NCBI GenBank assembly: GCA_963702845.1
Contig: OY969763.1
Span: 2,368,001-2,432,000, forward strand
Reading direction: 5' to 3'
Length of the DNA stretch: 64,000 nt
Origin: an uncultured Verrucomicrobiae bacterium
Lineage (GTDB): Bacteria > Verrucomicrobiota > Verrucomicrobiia > Limisphaerales > Palsa-1400
Each line of letters begins with the position of its first letter. Position 1 is the first letter of the stretch. The notes beneath the pieces were generated by a model. It was not told the DNA's origin. It did not search any database and worked only from the letters and a program-made list of their open reading frames with translations. This document shows, in pieces, positions 50,919-62,272 of this stretch. Made by a program: the position numbers and the translations under genes.

Positions 50919-53015
50919 ATGAAACCGATCCAGGCCGTTGCACTGTTGACTGCTGTCTTTTTGGCCGCTGTCCCTACTTTTGGCGCGCCGTCCATAATTC
51001 CCCTTCCCGTCACGATGCAGACGCGCCCCGGCGTGTTTACCCTCGGGCCGAATGTGGCGAGCCCAAATTCCAATTCGCGCGCCACGCGCAAGATCTTCGT
51101 CGATGCGGGCTCGGCGCAAACAGGCCAGTATCTCGCGATGATGCTGTCGCGCTCGACTGGTTATCAATTTTCAATCGTGACGAATAACGCGGTCGGTCCG
51201 GTGCACAATGTCATCCTGCTCACGACGGTCAACGCGCTCGGCACGCTTGGCAGCGAGGGTTACGAACTGACCGTTGCACCTGATTCGGTGGTCATTCGCG
51301 CGCCGCAACAGGCGGGAATGTTTTGGGGTGTGCAATCGTTGCTGCAACTTTTCCCGCCACAGATTTTATCTCCCCAGCCGGTGAGCAGTGTCGCGTGGAC
51401 TGCGCCGTGCGTTTATATCCAGGACTATCCGCGCTTTGCGTATCGCGGTGTGATGCTCGATGTCGCGCGGCATTTCGTGGACAAGCAGGAGATTGAAAAG
51501 ATTCTCGATGGGCTCGTCTTGCATAAAATTAATCAATTCCACTGGCACCTCAATGATGACCACGGTTGGCGGCTTGAAATTAAATCCTATCCATTACTCA
51601 CCGGCGACGGGCTGACGACAAACTCTGGTGCATTTCGAACAGGCATCGACTACGGACTTCCTCCCAGGTCGAGCACAGCATGGAATTCGGCCGGTAGATA
51701 CGGAGGTTATTACACGCAAGAGGACGTCAAAGAAGTTGTCGCCTATGCGACGCAACGGCATATCAATATCGTTCCGGAAATGGAATTCCCCGCCCATTGC
51801 AGTGCAGCGCTTTGGTCCTATGCGGAATTCGGATGCGGTAATGCGGCCAGTGCTTATAACATGGACAGCATTGTATACAGCAAAACGCTGTTCAGCATCG
51901 CGAATTCGTGGACGTTCTTTACCAATGTGTTGACAGAAGTCTGCAACCTGTTCCCGAGCCAATATATCCATTGCGGAGGGGATGAAGTTATTGCCACCGG
52001 TGATACGCAGTGGACGACTTACGGCCCTGATGCAGCGCTGATGACGTCGCTCGGCATCAGCACGAGCGGCGGACAACCCGCGCGACGCCAATATCAACGC
52101 TATCTGACAACAAATCTTGTCGCCTTCCTCCAATCGAAGGGCAGGACGATGGGTGGTTGGTCGGAAATTGAAGATTCGCAAATCGTTAACGGCGCCCTGC
52201 TCTACGAATGGGAAACGGATCAAGCCGCCGCCGCAGCCGCCGCCGGTAACGCGGTTGTGATGTGCCCGAACGGCATCAACTATTACGAAGTGTCATCGAC
52301 ACAAACAAATCCTTATGCAACGAACGTTGAACCTTACTTCATCGTCGGCGGCAATCCGTCCTACAAAACAGTCAGCACAGTCTATAACTACGACCCGGTC
52401 GCCTCATCAGGAGCGGTTGGAACGGCGACAAATAACATCATCGGTGGGCAGTTGAATCTTTGGACTGAAAATGTCCCGAGTCCAATGAACGTAGAATACA
52501 AGATGTTCCCAAGAATGTGCGCTCAAGCAGAGGCGACATGGACGCCGCTTGCACAAAAGGGTCTTAGCGGTTTCACAACCCGATTGGTTACTGACGAACA
52601 GCGGTTGGGACAGATGGGATTGAATTACAACAGGGAAAATATACCTCTGATCGGCACTTGGGGCCCGACCATCTCAACCAGCGGAACAAGTGCGACTTAC
52701 GATATCACCTCAAACGTGACCAAAGCGGGCGAAATCGATATCAGCTTCGTTTACCAATCCGGCAACAATGCCGCAACTGTCTCGAACGTCATTTTGTTCG
52801 AGGACGGTGTTCAAATTGATACCGATAGCCATTCAGGTCGTGCGGGCGCGAATTTCCCGAACGGCTTCGTGCAAAGTTCTACGTTAATTTTGCCGTACTA
52901 CATTTTTCACCTGAAAACTTACCATCCGGGATCGACTTATACGATCCAGTGCACTTTGACCGGCGTCGGTGGGACCGCTTCAGCCGGCAACGTTTACATG
53001 CCTAATTGGAACTAA
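50919..53015 (+). CDS. Secreted GH20 beta-N-acetylhexosaminidase with C-terminal beta-sandwich domain
   Basis: IIPLP, PRFAYRGVMLDVARHF, HWHLNDDHGWR, HCGGDE, LWTE, MFPR. Confidence 0.93.
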   Translation: MKPIQAVALLTAVFLAAVPTFGAPSIIPLPVTMQTRPGVFTLGPNVASPNSNSRATRKIFVDAGSAQTGQYLAMMLSRSTGYQFSIVTNNAVGPVHNVILLTTVNALGTLGSEGYELTVAPDSVVIRAPQQAGMFWGVQSLLQLFPPQILSPQPVSSVAWTAPCVYIQDYPRFAYRGVMLDVARHFVDKQEIEKILDGLVLHKINQFHWHLNDDHGWRLEIKSYPLLTGDGLTTNSGAFRTGIDYGLPPRSSTAWNSAGRYGGYYTQEDVKEVVAYATQRHINIVPEMEFPAHCSAALWSYAEFGCGNAASAYNMDSIVYSKTLFSIANSWTFFTNVLTEVCNLFPSQYIHCGGDEVIATGDTQWTTYGPDAALMTSLGISTSGGQPARRQYQRYLTTNLVAFLQSKGRTMGGWSEIEDSQIVNGALLYEWETDQAAAAAAAGNAVVMCPNGINYYEVSSTQTNPYATNVEPYFIVGGNPSYKTVSTVYNYDPVASSGAVGTATNNIIGGQLNLWTENVPSPMNVEYKMFPRMCAQAEATWTPLAQKGLSGFTTRLVTDEQRLGQMGLNYNRENIPLIGTWGPTISTSGTSATYDITSNVTKAGEIDISFVYQSGNNAATVSNVILFEDGVQIDTDSHSGRAGANFPNGFVQSSTLILPYYIFHLKTYHPGSTYTIQCTLTGVGGTASAGNVYMPNWN

Positions 53016-56000
53016 ATGAAAAAGTTTTTCTCCTTTTCCGTTTCCGTTTTGCTCGCGCTGTTGCCCACGGCAAAGGCGCAGAATCTGACTGTATCAACTT
53101 TAGGCGGGCAATGCCGGACAGGCTAGTGCCGATGGCACCAGCAGCAACGCCCGGTTCAATAACCCGTGGGGCGTTACCGTTGATGCCAGCGGCAACGTTT
53201 ATGTCGTCGATACTGACAGTCACATTATTCGCAAAGTGACCAGTGGCGGAACTGTCACCACCATCGCCGGCACACTCGGCGTTTCGGGCACGAACGACGC
53301 GACGGGCACCAGCGCAAAGTTCAATTCGCCTCAGGGTATTGTCGTTGACGCGGTCGGCACACTTTACGTGACAGATACTGGCAACCACACCATTCGTAAG
53401 ATTACTTCGGGAGGGGTTGTCACAACTCTGGCAGGCGCACCGACAATTTCGGGCACGACTGACGGCAGCGGTAGCAATGCACGGTTCAATCAACCTGAAG
53501 GCATCGCGATCAATGCGGCTGGAACGATTCTATATGTCGCCGATACCGGCAATCACACAATTCGCAGCGTGACGACCGGCGGAACTGTTACGACTTACGC
53601 CGGAATCGCCGGAACGCCGGGCAGCGCGAACTTAACTGGAACGAGTGCTTCGTTTAACACGCCTCAAGGTGTCGCAGTTGATTCGTCCGGCAACGTGTAT
53701 GTGGCTGATACGGGTAATCAATTGATTCGATTGATTTCTGCTGGAGCAGTCGTGTCCACGATTGCCGGCGTGTCAGGCACGATTGGCAGCACCGACGCTC
53801 CAGCGTCAGCGAACACGCTATTTTGGGATCCAATCGGCATCGCAGTTGATGGTTCGGGAAATGTGTATGTCGCCGACTCCTTCAATAATACGATTCGTAA
53901 GCTAACTTCAGGGACGAGCACCACGCCAGCCGGGTCCGCAGGAAACGTGGGCAGCGCCGATGGTAGCGGTGCTACGGCACGTTTTTGGCAACCGCAGGGT
54001 GTTGCAGTGGATATTTCTGGAAACGTTTACGTTGCCGATGGCGGCAATGGAACAATTCGCAAAATAGTTGGCACCACGGTGAGCACGTTAGCGGGCTCGC
54101 CAACGATTGGCAGCGCCGATGGCAACTCGACTACGGCGCGTTTTTTTTTCCCGTCAGGCGCGTGCATCGATAGCAGCGGCAATGTTTATGTTGCCGACAC
54201 GTTAAATCACACGATTCGCACGGTTACTTCTGCTGGCGTGGCCAGCACCCTCGCTGGAACAGCCGGTGTGTCGGGATCGACAGATGGCAGCGCTGGCTCC
54301 GCTCGATTCAATGCTCCACAAGGTATTGCTCGCGACGGCTCTGGGAATCTCTATGTAGCCGATACGGCCAATCATACCATCCGCAAAATTGTCGGCACAA
54401 CCGTAAGCCTGTTCGCTGGAACCGCTGGAACCAGCGGCGTAGCCGACGGCAACGTAAACGCCGCGCAATTTAATTTTCCGCACGACGTCGCGGTTGAGGC
54501 ATCCGGCAATGTTTACGTTGCCGATACCTGGAATCACACGATTCGTAAAATCACCACCGGCGGCGCCGTTTCAACTCTTGCCGGACAAGCCGGAATTTTC
54601 GGTGACAGTGACGGCACAGGCGCAAACGTAGGAACGAACGGCGCACGTTTTTATGCACCCGGCGGTCTCACCGTCGATGCTACCGGGAATGTTTATGTCG
54701 CGGACACTTATAATCATATCATTCGCAAGATTACTCCAGGCGGTGTCGTGAGCACTCTGGCCGGTTTAGGCGGTTTGCTTGGAACCGTCGACGGCACAAA
54801 TAACGTTGCTCGATTTTTCTTCCCGCAAGCAATCGCTGTTGATGGTAGCGGCAATTTGTTCGTGCTTGATTCAGGCAATCATACGATACGTAAATTGACG
54901 GCCTCGGGAACCAATTGGGTTGTAACAACGGTCGCGGGCGCAGCGAATCTGAGCGGAACCGTGGATGGGACTGGCCTCGGCGCACGTTTCTTTGCTCCCG
55001 CAGGATTAGGCATCAATTCCTCCGGCACACTCGCCGTTGCTGATCTCGGCAATAATACAATTCGCACCGCTTCGGCAGCATCTGGTTCGGCTCCCACTAT
55101 TACTCAACAACCGCAATCGCAGACTGTCATAAAGACGCAAACGGCGTCATTCAGTGTGACCGCGACCGGCACCGGACCGCTTGGTTACCAATGGTATTTC
55201 AACTCGGGCGTAATCGCGGGTGCGACGGCTTCGACTTACACCAAATCAAATATTCAAACGACGGATGCTGGGTCGTATTCGGTGACGGTCACGAACGCAG
55301 GCGGCGCCACGCCGAGCGTGAATGCCATTTTGACGGTCACCGTTCCGCCTTCCATTACAACGGGGCCGCAAAGCCAAACGGTCAGCGCGGGCGCGAGCAC
55401 TTTGTTTACTGTCACGGCGGCTGGCACGGTTCCGCTGAGTTACCAATGGTTTTTTGGGGCAGCAGCGATTTCGGGAGCAAACGCGTCCGCTTACACTCTC
55501 AACAACGCCCAAGCTGCTAATGTGGGCAGTTATTCAGTGGTGGTGACAAACATTGCGGGGACGACGACTAGCGGCAATGCCACACTGTCAGTGACTCCGG
55601 CTGGCCCGACAATCACCGCTCAACCGCAAAGCCAGTCTGTCGCTCAGAGTTCGACCGCGACTTTGAGTGTCACCGCCAGTGGAACTACTCCCCTTTCCTA
55701 TCAGTGGCGGTTTAATAATGTGACGATCGGCGGAGCAACGGGCTCAAGTTACACCATCGCAAGTGTGCAGCCGGCAAACGCAGGAAGTTATTCGGTTGTC
55801 GCGAGCAATGCTATTAACACCGTAACCAGTTCGACCGCGACGCTGACGATTTTGGTTCCACCGGTCATCAGCACCCAGCCACAAAGCCAACTGACGTTTG
55901 TGGGGAGCAACGTGACCTTCACTGTCGGCCTCTCGCAAGGAACGAATGTCACTTATCAATGGCAGCAGAACGGCAGCGCTATTTCCGGTGCAACGCTATC

Positions 56001-59000
56001 GAGTTACTCGATTTCGCCGGTCCAGTGGGCAAATGCTGGTTCATATTCGGTTGTGGTCACGAATGGCGCAGGGAGCGCGACGAGCACAACCGCGATGCTG
56101 GTGGTGCAACAAACGCCGCAAAATTTCTTCGACGGATTCGAAACGTATAACTTGGGTTGCATCGATAACAACTTCAGCGGCGGCCCCAATGCAAATCCAG
56201 CGACGGACCCTTGGTGGGGTTTGTCGACATCGGTACCAAAAGGCGGGGTCACGAACGCAAGCACTGGGATCACTCCTCACGCAGGCAGTCAGATGTTAGG
56301 CTTGGTGAATACCGCCCAAGCCGTCCAACAGGACTACATGAATCTCATGTCCCGACTCAATTCCGGATCCAATTATTACGGCAACATCCTGTGCGATTGG
56401 TGGTTTTATGATCCTTACGGTAGCGCTGCCAGCGGCGCAACCAATTACCAGGACTATCTCGCTCTCTACAATTCGCCCAATGCGTCGCCCACTTCCGATT
56501 ATACGACCCTGGTTCTCGGCACTCCGACTCAACGGATGTCTCTAGGAGCATTCAACCAGTCGACAGGATACAATTACTCAAATTACCAGGCGCGCATCAT
56601 CGGAGGCACCGGCGGCACTTTCGGTTCCGGCAACAGTTGGTATAACACCACCACTGTGCGCTCGGTTGGCTGGCATCACGCGCGAATTCTACTCGGTATC
56701 GCAGACGTCTCAAATAATGCGCCAGTTTGGATGTACATTGACAACATGACCAATGCAGCGGTTGCGTCGATTACCGACGGCGCTTTCGGTATCAATTTAA
56801 TCGAGTTGAACCACGAAATGTTCAAAGCTGGATTTTATGGTTACTTCGACGACTTAAACTTCCAGGTGGCAAACGATCCATGGATCGTTGAACAGCCTCA
56901 AAACGCGACGATCGTTGCGGGCAATTCGACAACGTTGACGACGGTTGCGATCGGCACGGGCTTTCAGTGGCAATTGAACGGCAATCCTATTTCGGGCGCA
57001 ACTAGCAGCGCATATACGATCCCTTCCGCCACTGCCAACGACTTGGGATCTTACACGTGCGTGATCACGGGCACGAACGGAACGATCAGCACGTCTGTAG
57101 CGGTTCTCACGGTGTTTGGGCCGCCAGTTATCAACGGGCAGCCGGCAAATCAAACGGTAAACCAGGGACAAGATGCGACATTCAATGTTTCGGCAATTGG
57201 CAACCCACCCTTGAGCTATCAATGGAGATTCAATACCACCCCAATCGGCGGAGCTAATTCGAGCAGCTACACGGTCCACGGTGCGACGAATGGAAACACC
57301 GGTAGTTACACAGTGGTCGTGAGCAATGGTTCCGGTAACACCACCAGTTCCACGGCGACATTGACTGTGATCATCCCGCCGTCAGTCACCGGCCAACCTT
57401 CGAGCACGACGGTCAGCCAAGGTCAGAATGCAATTTTCACAGCTACGGCAAGTGGCACGGCTCCGCTGGCTTATCAATGGCGATTCAACAACGCGGACAT
57501 TTCGGGAGCGAATTCCAGCAGTTACACAAAGACCAGCGCACAACCGGTGGATGCTGGCACCTATTCAGTTGTGGTGACGAATACAGCGGGAGCCGCAACA
57601 AGTTCCGGTGCGGTTCTCACTGTCATTGTGCCGCCTTCGATTACTTCACAACCCGTCAGTGTAGCAGTGATGGAGGGTTCGACCGCGAGCTTTAACGTCA
57701 CCGCGACCGGCACCAGCCCGAACTATCAATGGCGCTTCAACGGAACACCGATCGCCAACGCCACAGCGACGTCGTACCACAAGGTGGGAGCACAAGCCGG
57801 AGATGCAGGTAGTTATTCGGTGGTTGTTTCAAACAATGCCGGCACGGTAACGAGCGGTAACGCAATGTTAACAGTCGTTTCGACCGCAACCGCTTTGAAC
57901 AGCATCACAGCCAATCCAGACGACACCGTCAGCTTGGTTTGGCAGGTGACGGCGAACACAAACTACACGCTTCATTACAAGACCAATCTGTTGGATACGC
58001 AATGGAACGATATCAACAATTTTACGCCGACGGGATCGACGCTGACCGTGTCTGATGGGCCGGTCGCCGACGTGCAACGTTCATTTCAATTGGCGTCGGC
58101 CCAGGCGGTGAGCGAAATCGGTGGCTTGTTGCGACTGACACTGCTCGGCAATTCCGACAACATTGTTTCAATCCCATTCGGTCGCGCGCCTGCTATCTCG
58201 CTGCTGGTCGGATCGACTTCCGCAAACGTTATCACTGTCAGCAGTTCACCGGGTTGGACCGCGAACCAGTTCGTCTATTCTTCGGGAACGCAGTCGAACA
58301 ACTACTTTGTTCGTCTCACGTCGGGAGCCGCCGCTGGACGCATTTATCCGATCACCGCAAACGGCGCGAATACTTTAACGATTAACCTCGGCAACGATTC
58401 TTTGGCAGTGGTCGCGCAGAATGATGCGTTGTCGATTGAAGCTTATTGGACGCTCAACACGGTGTTCCCGAACGGCACTGGCGTAAACGTTTCGCCAACC
58501 GTTGGCAATCGTAACACCGAAGTTCTGATCCCTGACCTGACGTCGGCGGGAATCAATTTGAGCGCGTCGAAAGTCTACTTCTTTAACGCCGGAATTTGGA
58601 AGCAAGTCGGTGGGGGCGGCACGAGCCACAATGACGATGCGTTGCAGCCGAACACCTTCCTGATTGTGCGGCACAATGTCGCGACGAACACGGTATTGAC
58701 CGCGGCGGGGCGCGTGATTTCGTCGGCGCTTACCATGACCTTGCTGACGCAAACGGGCACATTGCAGGATAATTGCATCGGCCTGCAGCGACCTGTTGCT
58801 GTTTCGCTAAACAACTCAGGATTAATCAGCAGCGGCGCATTTAGCCAAAGTCCCACGCCCGGCAACAGAACAGATGAGTTGCTGACGTTCGACAACAGCG
58901 TTGTCGCTCGAAACAAATCCTCGTCGGCGTCATATTATTATTGGAGCAACGCGTGGCATCAGGTTGGGGCGGGCACCACAGATGTCGGCACGAATGAGAT

Positions 59001-59088
59001 ATTCCAACCCGCTACCGGAGTTATCATCCGCAAGGGAACCAACAATGTGTCGCCGGTTTGGACGAACTCTGCGACGTGGACGCAATAA
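53016..59088 (+). CDS. Giant surface protein: 12 NHL repeats + 8 Ig domains + unknown domain + TIGR02597-like C-terminus; one +1 frameshift at about 53103 (about 2023 aa repaired)
   Basis: ATG 53016 gives signal peptide MKKFFSFSVSVLLALLPTAKAQ; removing one G at 53103 joins it to ORF 53236..59088. Confidence 0.85.
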
Positions 59089-59148
59089 CGCGCGGTTAGG
59101 AGCTTGAAACCCTACCCTCCAACTTCTAACTTCTAGTTTCTTATTTAT

Positions 59149-59667
59149 ATGAACTGGCTCGTATTTGCATTGATGACCGTTGTGTCGTGGGGATTGTATG
59201 GAATCCTGCTCCACTCCGGCCAGGTCGCGATGGCTGACAAAGCCAATGGACTTTACAAAGCATTCCTGTTTGTTGGACTCGCGTATTTTCTCACAGCCGT
59301 GCTTGCCCCACTCGGAATGTTGGTCACGCGAAAAGCGGATTGGATCTTTCCAGCGGCGGGCATGGGATGGTCGCTGGTAGCGGGAATCGCGGGCGCGATT
59401 GGCGCGTTTTGCGTGTTACTCGCATTTGCTTCCGGTGGTAAACCTGGAGTGGTGATGTCGATTGTTTTCGCCGGCGCGCCAATTGTGAACGCCGTTGTAG
59501 CGATATTTATGAATCCTCCGGAAGGTGGCTTCGGCTCGATCAAGCCACAGTTTTATCTTGGAATCCTTCTCGCAGCGCTCGGCGGCTTTCTGGTGACATT
59601 TTACAAACCCGCTCCGCCGAAACCGGTACCCGCAGCGATAACAGCAGTGAAACAAGCGCCGCACTAA
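59149..59667 (+). CDS. Small membrane protein, DMT/EamA-like
   Basis: Five TM segments; SWGLYG, GAIGA, APIVN. Confidence 0.65.
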   Translation: MNWLVFALMTVVSWGLYGILLHSGQVAMADKANGLYKAFLFVGLAYFLTAVLAPLGMLVTRKADWIFPAAGMGWSLVAGIAGAIGAFCVLLAFASGGKPGVVMSIVFAGAPIVNAVVAIFMNPPEGGFGSIKPQFYLGILLAALGGFLVTFYKPAPPKPVPAAITAVKQAPH

Positions 59668-60938
59668 TGGCGAACGCCTTCCCCACTCGCGACGAAATCG
59701 AGTCATTACAGCTCGCTCAACTCCGCCGCGTTTTGGAGCAGATTCAACCGGCCAATAAATTCTACGCGCGCAAGCTTTCCGGAATCGACACGCGCATTTC
59801 GAGCCTGGCCGATTTTACGCAACGGTTTCCGTTCACGACAAAACAAGAGTTAAGTGCGGACCAGGTGGCGAATCCTCCTTTCGGCACCAACCTCACCTAT
59901 CCCGTTGAAGAATACACCCGCTACTGCCAAACGAGCGGCACCACGCGCGAGCCGTTACGATGGCTCGATACGAAAGCCGATTGGCAATGGATGGTCGATA
60001 GTTGGAAAACAATTTTTCTCGCCGCGGACGTCACGGCTGTCGATCGCGTTTACTTCGCATTTTCCTTTGGACCGTTCATCGGATTCTGGCTCGCCTTCGA
60101 CGCCGCTCAACAGATCGGATCGATCTGCATACCGGGCGGTGGCCTGAGCAGTCCAGCCCGCTTGCGCGCAATGCGGGACGCAGGCGCATCCGTGCTTTGC
60201 TGCACACCAAGTTACGCGATTCGTCTGGGTGAAGTGGCGCTGGAGGAAAATATTTCGGTCACAACAATCAAGGTTCTAATCGTCGCGGGAGAACCAGGCG
60301 GCAGTATTCCGGCGACACGTAAACGAATGGAACAGCTTTGGCCAACGGCTCGCGTGTTCGATCATCATGGCATGACAGAAACCGGCCCGGTCACGTTTGA
60401 ATGTCCGGTCCAACCGGGAATTCTGCACGTCATCGAGACGGCGTACTTGACGGAGATTCTGGACGCGCAGGGCAACAGGGTAGAACCCGGCGATGCCGGC
60501 GAATTGGTTTTGACCCCACTCGGACGCGCCGCCTCTCCCCTGCTCCGCTACAAAACCGGCGACATGGTCAAAGCAGTCGTGCAATCCGAATGCAAATGCG
60601 GTCGATCCCTCCTCGCACTCAACGGAGGAATTCTCGGCCGCATCGACGACATGGTGGTGGTTCGCGGTGTCAACGTTTACCCCAGTGCATTTGAAGATTT
60701 GTTGCGCAACTTTTTGCAGGTGGCGGAGTATCAAGTCGAGGTGGACAAAACCAAACCTCTGGCCGAGGTGCATTTGCAAATCGAACCGGTCGATGCAGGT
60801 GCGAACTCAAATTTAGCGGACGAAATCCAGAACGCCCTTCAAGACACATTTCATTTGCGCGTGCCGGTGACAATCGTGGCTTGTGGCTCACTGCCGCGTT
60901 TTGAAATGAAAGCCAAACGCTGGAAGGTCAGAGTCTGA
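59667..60938 (+). CDS. Phenylacetate-CoA ligase family (PaaK-like) adenylate-forming enzyme
   Basis: PFTTK, TSGTT, AGEPG, HGMTE, LRYKTGD, GRIDDM..VRGVNVYP. Confidence 0.88.
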   Translation: MANAFPTRDEIESLQLAQLRRVLEQIQPANKFYARKLSGIDTRISSLADFTQRFPFTTKQELSADQVANPPFGTNLTYPVEEYTRYCQTSGTTREPLRWLDTKADWQWMVDSWKTIFLAADVTAVDRVYFAFSFGPFIGFWLAFDAAQQIGSICIPGGGLSSPARLRAMRDAGASVLCCTPSYAIRLGEVALEENISVTTIKVLIVAGEPGGSIPATRKRMEQLWPTARVFDHHGMTETGPVTFECPVQPGILHVIETAYLTEILDAQGNRVEPGDAGELVLTPLGRAASPLLRYKTGDMVKAVVQSECKCGRSLLALNGGILGRIDDMVVVRGVNVYPSAFEDLLRNFLQVAEYQVEVDKTKPLAEVHLQIEPVDAGANSNLADEIQNALQDTFHLRVPVTIVACGSLPRFEMKAKRWKVRV

Positions 60939-61101
60939 TGACTGGCTACAAAATGAATTTGCCGACAGTGCTGATGCTTTGAATCTCCGAAAACTATTTG
61001 CAGGACATTGCGACAGCGCAAGATGACACTCGGTGAATGTTGTATTTTTCAATCCTCCAATTGGCGCATTGAGGAAGTCACACCCGTGGATAGATTTCAC
61101 C

Positions 61102-61272
61102 ATGTTAAGATGGGCTGTCATATTTCTAATCGTCGCTCTGCTCGCAGGGATTCTCGGTTTTTGGGGTATTGCCGGAACGGCAGCGGCGATTGCGAAAGTG
61201 CTGTTCTTCATCTTCATAGCGTTCTTCCTGCTCATGCTCCTTCTGGGGCTGTTTGTGGGTAGTCGAGCATGA
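61102..61272 (+). CDS. DUF1328 (UPF0391, YtjA-like) small membrane protein
   Basis: [38 protein letters not shown]. Confidence 0.9.
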   Translation: MLRWAVIFLIVALLAGILGFWGIAGTAAAIAKVLFFIFIAFFLLMLLLGLFVGSRA

Positions 61273-61396
61273 CGATGAAAATTCGAAGTGTGGAGTGAAA
61301 GCGCTGGGAGGCAGGGGCAAATGGGCCGCTCAAGTTTTTATTCTGCACCCTTTTTATTTTTGGACAGGCGATGCTGGTTTACGTTAGCCTCGCAGC

Positions 61397-62242
61397 ATGA
61401 GAATCGGCATCAACACGTTCCTGTTCACTTCTCCATTCAACAACGAAAGCACGCGCCTGTTCCCGAAGTTCAAGAAATGGGGTTTTGAATCGATTGAAAT
61501 CCCGATTGAAGATCCATCGCACATCGACCCAGCCCACGTGAAACGTGAGTTGGATAAAAACGGTCTTGTTTGCGGTTCTGTTTGCGCCTGCATGGGACCG
61601 GATCGCGACTTACGCGGAAATGTGCAACAGCAACGCACCGGCCTGAAATACATGATGAAGGTGCTGGACCAAATGGTGGTGTTGGATTGCCCGGCGTTGA
61701 TCGGCCCGGTTTATTCATCCGTTGGCCGTGCCGACGCTGTTCCCGCGAAAGAATACAAACAGCAATGGCGCACCGTTGCTGGCCATCTCAAAACGTTGTC
61801 GAAGTATGCTCGAGATCGGAAGAAATTAGTCTGTCTCGAACCTCTGAATCGTTTTGAAACAGATTTCATCAACACGTGCGACCAGGCGATCAACATGGTT
61901 GAGGCGGTGGGGAGTCCGGCGCTGAAAATCCATCTCGATACCTTCCACATGAACATCGAGGAAAAAGACCAGGCTGCGGCCATTCGCAAAGCCGGAAAGT
62001 TGCTCGGCCATTTCCACGCCTGCGGCAGCGACCGCGGCACGCCGGGCAATGACCACATCGATTGGAAGCCTATTGCCAGGGCGCTGAAGTCGATCGGATA
62101 CAAGGGTGACGTTGTGATTGAATCATTCACCACCGATGTCAAAGTCATTGCGAAAGCTGCGGCGATTTGGCGTCGCATGGAGCCGACCCGGGATGAAATC
62201 GCCGTCAAAGGCATCAAATTTTTGAAGAAGAACCTGATATAA
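61397..62242 (+). CDS. D-psicose/D-tagatose 3-epimerase-like sugar epimerase
   Basis: EPLNRFE, HLDTFHMNIEE, HFH, DRG.PG, IESF. Confidence 0.9.
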   Translation: MRIGINTFLFTSPFNNESTRLFPKFKKWGFESIEIPIEDPSHIDPAHVKRELDKNGLVCGSVCACMGPDRDLRGNVQQQRTGLKYMMKVLDQMVVLDCPALIGPVYSSVGRADAVPAKEYKQQWRTVAGHLKTLSKYARDRKKLVCLEPLNRFETDFINTCDQAINMVEAVGSPALKIHLDTFHMNIEEKDQAAAIRKAGKLLGHFHACGSDRGTPGNDHIDWKPIARALKSIGYKGDVVIESFTTDVKVIAKAAAIWRRMEPTRDEIAVKGIKFLKKNLI

Positions 62243-62268
62243 CCGCAGACAACGCAAAGAACACAAAG
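62241..62268 (+). repeat. Short 9-mer repeat (CGCAAAGAA type)
   Basis: aaccgcagac aacgcaaaga acacaaag. Confidence 0.55.
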
Positions 62269-62272
62269 ATCA

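Noticed and set aside
46663..53104. Programmed frameshifting or phase variation
   Set aside because: No slippery heptamer or long homopolymer at any of the four sites
59667..60938. Phenylacetate catabolic operon
   Set aside because: No other paa genes nearby; substrate uncertain, so no symbol was given
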